Assembly: GCA_030141605.1 (NCBI GenBank)
Contig: JAQGDQ010000334.1
Span: forward strand, 124,001 to 188,000
Direction: 5' to 3'
Length of the DNA: 64,000 bases
Origin: Tubiluchus corallicola
Lineage: Eukaryota > Animalia > Priapulida
Part shown: positions 63,309 to 64,000 of the stretch, piece by piece
Numbering within the stretch: position 1 is the first letter of the stretch
Layout: each line of letters begins with the position of its first letter
The notes under the pieces: model-generated
Told to the model about the DNA's origin: nothing
The model's input: the letters and a program-made list of their open reading frames with translations, nothing else
The model's database searches: none
Position numbers and translations under genes: made by a program

Positions 63309-63686
63309 TGTAGCGGGTCGCAGAATCAAACCGTCACGGGCTTTGTGAAAATGTAGTGTATTGAATGTAAAATTGCCTGGGCCAATCAGAGCTCAATTTT
63401 TAGGCCACTTTTCTCGAGCGTATAACCTGTTCTCGTACATTCGAGAGCAGTGTGTTCTCGGCCATGTTCGGCTTCGGTTTCATTTTGTTTTTCTCTTCTT
63501 GTTTGCTGTTATTAAGTCAGTCGTGATTCAGTAATTTTTGGTTTAACCCATTGGTTTGCATTTCTACTCAACGCGTAAGTGTCAGCTATAAACTGTTGTT
63601 AAGTGTTTCATTTTACTGTTTTTCTTTCTCTTCTTTTTATAATTTTAGTTAACTATGTATCCTCGCTATCATAGACGGCATCACCA
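63309..63686. mobile_element. Candidate solo LTR
   Basis: TGTAG...CACCA block flanked on both sides by tatatag (63302-63308 and 63687-63693). Confidence 0.5.
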
Positions 63687-63789
63687 TATATAGGCTATTA
63701 TCAGATTGGTTTATGCAGGAGAGCAGGTTGCTGTCGTCATCTTCATTAAAATTTCAGTTTTATTGAGTAGTCACTTATTACAAAGCCTT

Positions 63790-64000
63790 CATAAAATATT
63801 AATGCCCCCAACATCGAGGAAAAATTGCTAATAGCCGTGCTAAGTAGCCTTTCTCTGTAAGATCTTTGGTAAGAACTCTGAAACATCTATAAGATAAAAC
63901 AAAACGACATTTTTTGTGAAACCCGCGTGTAGTATAGATGAAACAAGTCTTATTCAGTTTTGCTATAGACATGTCCCACATATCGAGTAATTCTTGCTTC
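63790..64000 (-). mobile_element. Decayed retroelement fragment (Penelope-like RT C-terminal region)
   Basis: FRVLTKDLTEKGYLARLL..F...WGH resembles the LTxxLxxxGY...L...F motif; runs off the window end. Confidence 0.4.

Overview
AT-rich invertebrate animal genomic DNA with spliceosomal GT-AG introns; no prokaryotic operon, CRISPR array, rRNA gene or intact tRNA gene was seen. I reconstructed three spliced genes by hand. (1) A minus-strand MARCH-family RING-CH membrane E3 ligase (3 coding exons, 509 aa). It has a long acidic N-terminal arm with SILK and RVxF (PP1-docking-type) motifs, and a probable upstream non-coding exon next to CLEAR-like and NRF1-like sites. (2) A plus-strand 11-exon M14A pro-carboxypeptidase (414 aa) with intact zinc and catalytic residues but Asn at specificity position 255. 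(3) A minus-strand 5-exon secreted protein with a long Q/P/S/G-rich region and an apparently lone ZP-N domain. Two small helical ORFs (60717-60926 and 47880-48068) flank gene 3 and may be distant paralogues. The rest is dense with mobile DNA: decayed LINEs (one with a 2A-like peptide plus PHD start), an Academ derivative, a BEL/Pao fragment, hAT, piggyBac and Harbinger MITEs, tRNA- and 5S-related SINEs, candidate solo LTRs and mini/microsatellites. All family assignments come from motif recognition by eye, not database searches.
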